A DNA stretch of 32,000 nt from Patescibacteria group bacterium (GTDB taxonomy: Bacteria; Patescibacteriota; Microgenomatia; UBA1406; GWC2-37-13), in NCBI GenBank assembly GCA_041650875.1, contig JBAZKI010000001.1, forward strand, positions 43,350 to 75,349, read 5' to 3'. The first letter of the stretch is position 1. The number at the start of each line of letters is the position of its first letter. The notes below the pieces were generated by a model that ran no database searches, was not told the origin of the DNA, and saw only the letters and a program-made list of their open reading frames with translations. A program made the position numbers and the translations under genes. This document shows positions 31,812 to 32,000 of this stretch, in pieces.

Positions 31812-32000
31812 CTAAATCCGATATGCTTCCTTGTTTTGGATCTCACGGATAATGACTTCAATCATGTCTTTATATGTATACGGAAATAAATGAAAAGAGT
31901 TGAATAAACTAAGGTCGTCTTTGCTTGGCAGGATATCAATATGTTTATCGATTTGTTTTACCTCAACTCCAAATTTGCTGAGAATATCATGTGCTATCTG
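31812..32000 (-). CDS. Hypothetical protein, C-terminal fragment (N-terminus outside window)
   Basis: Open frame from the window edge to TAG at 31814-31812. My translation is ...QIAHDILSKFGVEVKQIDKHIDILPSKDDLSLFNSFHLFPYTYKDMIEVIIREIQNKEAYRI*. Confidence 0.4.
   Translation of the reverse strand, partial: QIAHDILSKFGVEVKQIDKHIDILPSKDDLSLFNSFHLFPYTYKDMIEVIIREIQNKEAYRI

Noticed and set aside
2711-31861. Start coordinates of several track ORFs (2711, 6439, 18345, 25830, 30582, 31861)
   Set aside because: Checking the codons showed these begin at TTG or GTG and create long overlaps with upstream genes. I moved the starts to the first ATG. The true starts remain unverified.
1-32000. Alternative genetic code (UGA or UAG reassignment, as in some candidate phyla)
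   Set aside because: All family-recognisable genes read through at full length with the standard code and end at ordinary stops. No motif-bearing gene needs an in-frame stop to be read.
1-32000. CRISPR arrays, tRNAs, IS elements, integrases, reverse transcriptase/DGR repeats
   Set aside because: Scanning the intergenic gaps and ORF translations by eye showed no regularly spaced direct repeats, no cloverleaf-like segments and no transposase, integrase or RT motifs. A dedicated tool could still find something I missed.
31577-32000. Split or frameshifted ftsK (upstream fragment plus gamma domain)
   Set aside because: The upstream ORF's C-terminal sequence does not resemble the end of the FtsK motor domain, and it terminates 31 nt before the first ATG of the gamma-like ORF. 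There is not enough evidence for a pseudogene.

Overview
This is a low-GC, gene-dense bacterial segment, mostly coded on the minus strand, and it reads in the standard genetic code. Small K/I/N-rich proteins, many single-pass or multi-pass membrane proteins, sortases, MltG, ECF-type sigma factors and an unlinked 5S rRNA fit a reduced-genome, Gram-positive-like (CPR/Patescibacteria-style) organism. That assignment is inference only.

Recognisable content:
- An archaeal-type HMG-CoA synthase plus a class I HMG-CoA reductase.
- Two ECF sigma modules.
- A stand-alone 5S rRNA with its own consensus promoter.
- A Cas4/RecB-like Fe-S nuclease.
- A PadR regulator followed by a thioredoxin-glutaredoxin fusion.
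- A lipid-scavenging locus: a Dak2(FakA-like)-DegV(FakB) fusion flanked by two PlsY paralogues.
- An RRM RNA-binding protein, DUF1295 and DUF2177 membrane proteins, MltG and an EamA-type transporter.
- A stress-type cluster: YtxH, hemerythrin-like, TspO and DUF305.
- Two tandem sortases with a 66-aa secreted mini-protein, and an anchored BNR/Asp-box propeller.
- A SAM methyltransferase, a SET-domain protein and a MazG-like pyrophosphohydrolase.

Most worth a second look:
1. The fused fatty-acid kinase and PlsY module.
2. Three lysine-poor orphan ORFs (two adjacent, one 3.8 kb away) that share a homologous promoter/leader cassette. The adjacent pair sits next to a Zn-ribbon GIY-YIG-like gene and a small HTH gene.
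3. The self-contained 5S unit.
4. Recurrent leaderless promoter geometry.
5. The sortase pair with a minimal candidate substrate.

I recognised no CRISPR array, tRNA, transposase or integrase. All calls rest on reading the sequence and motifs by eye; no database search was run.
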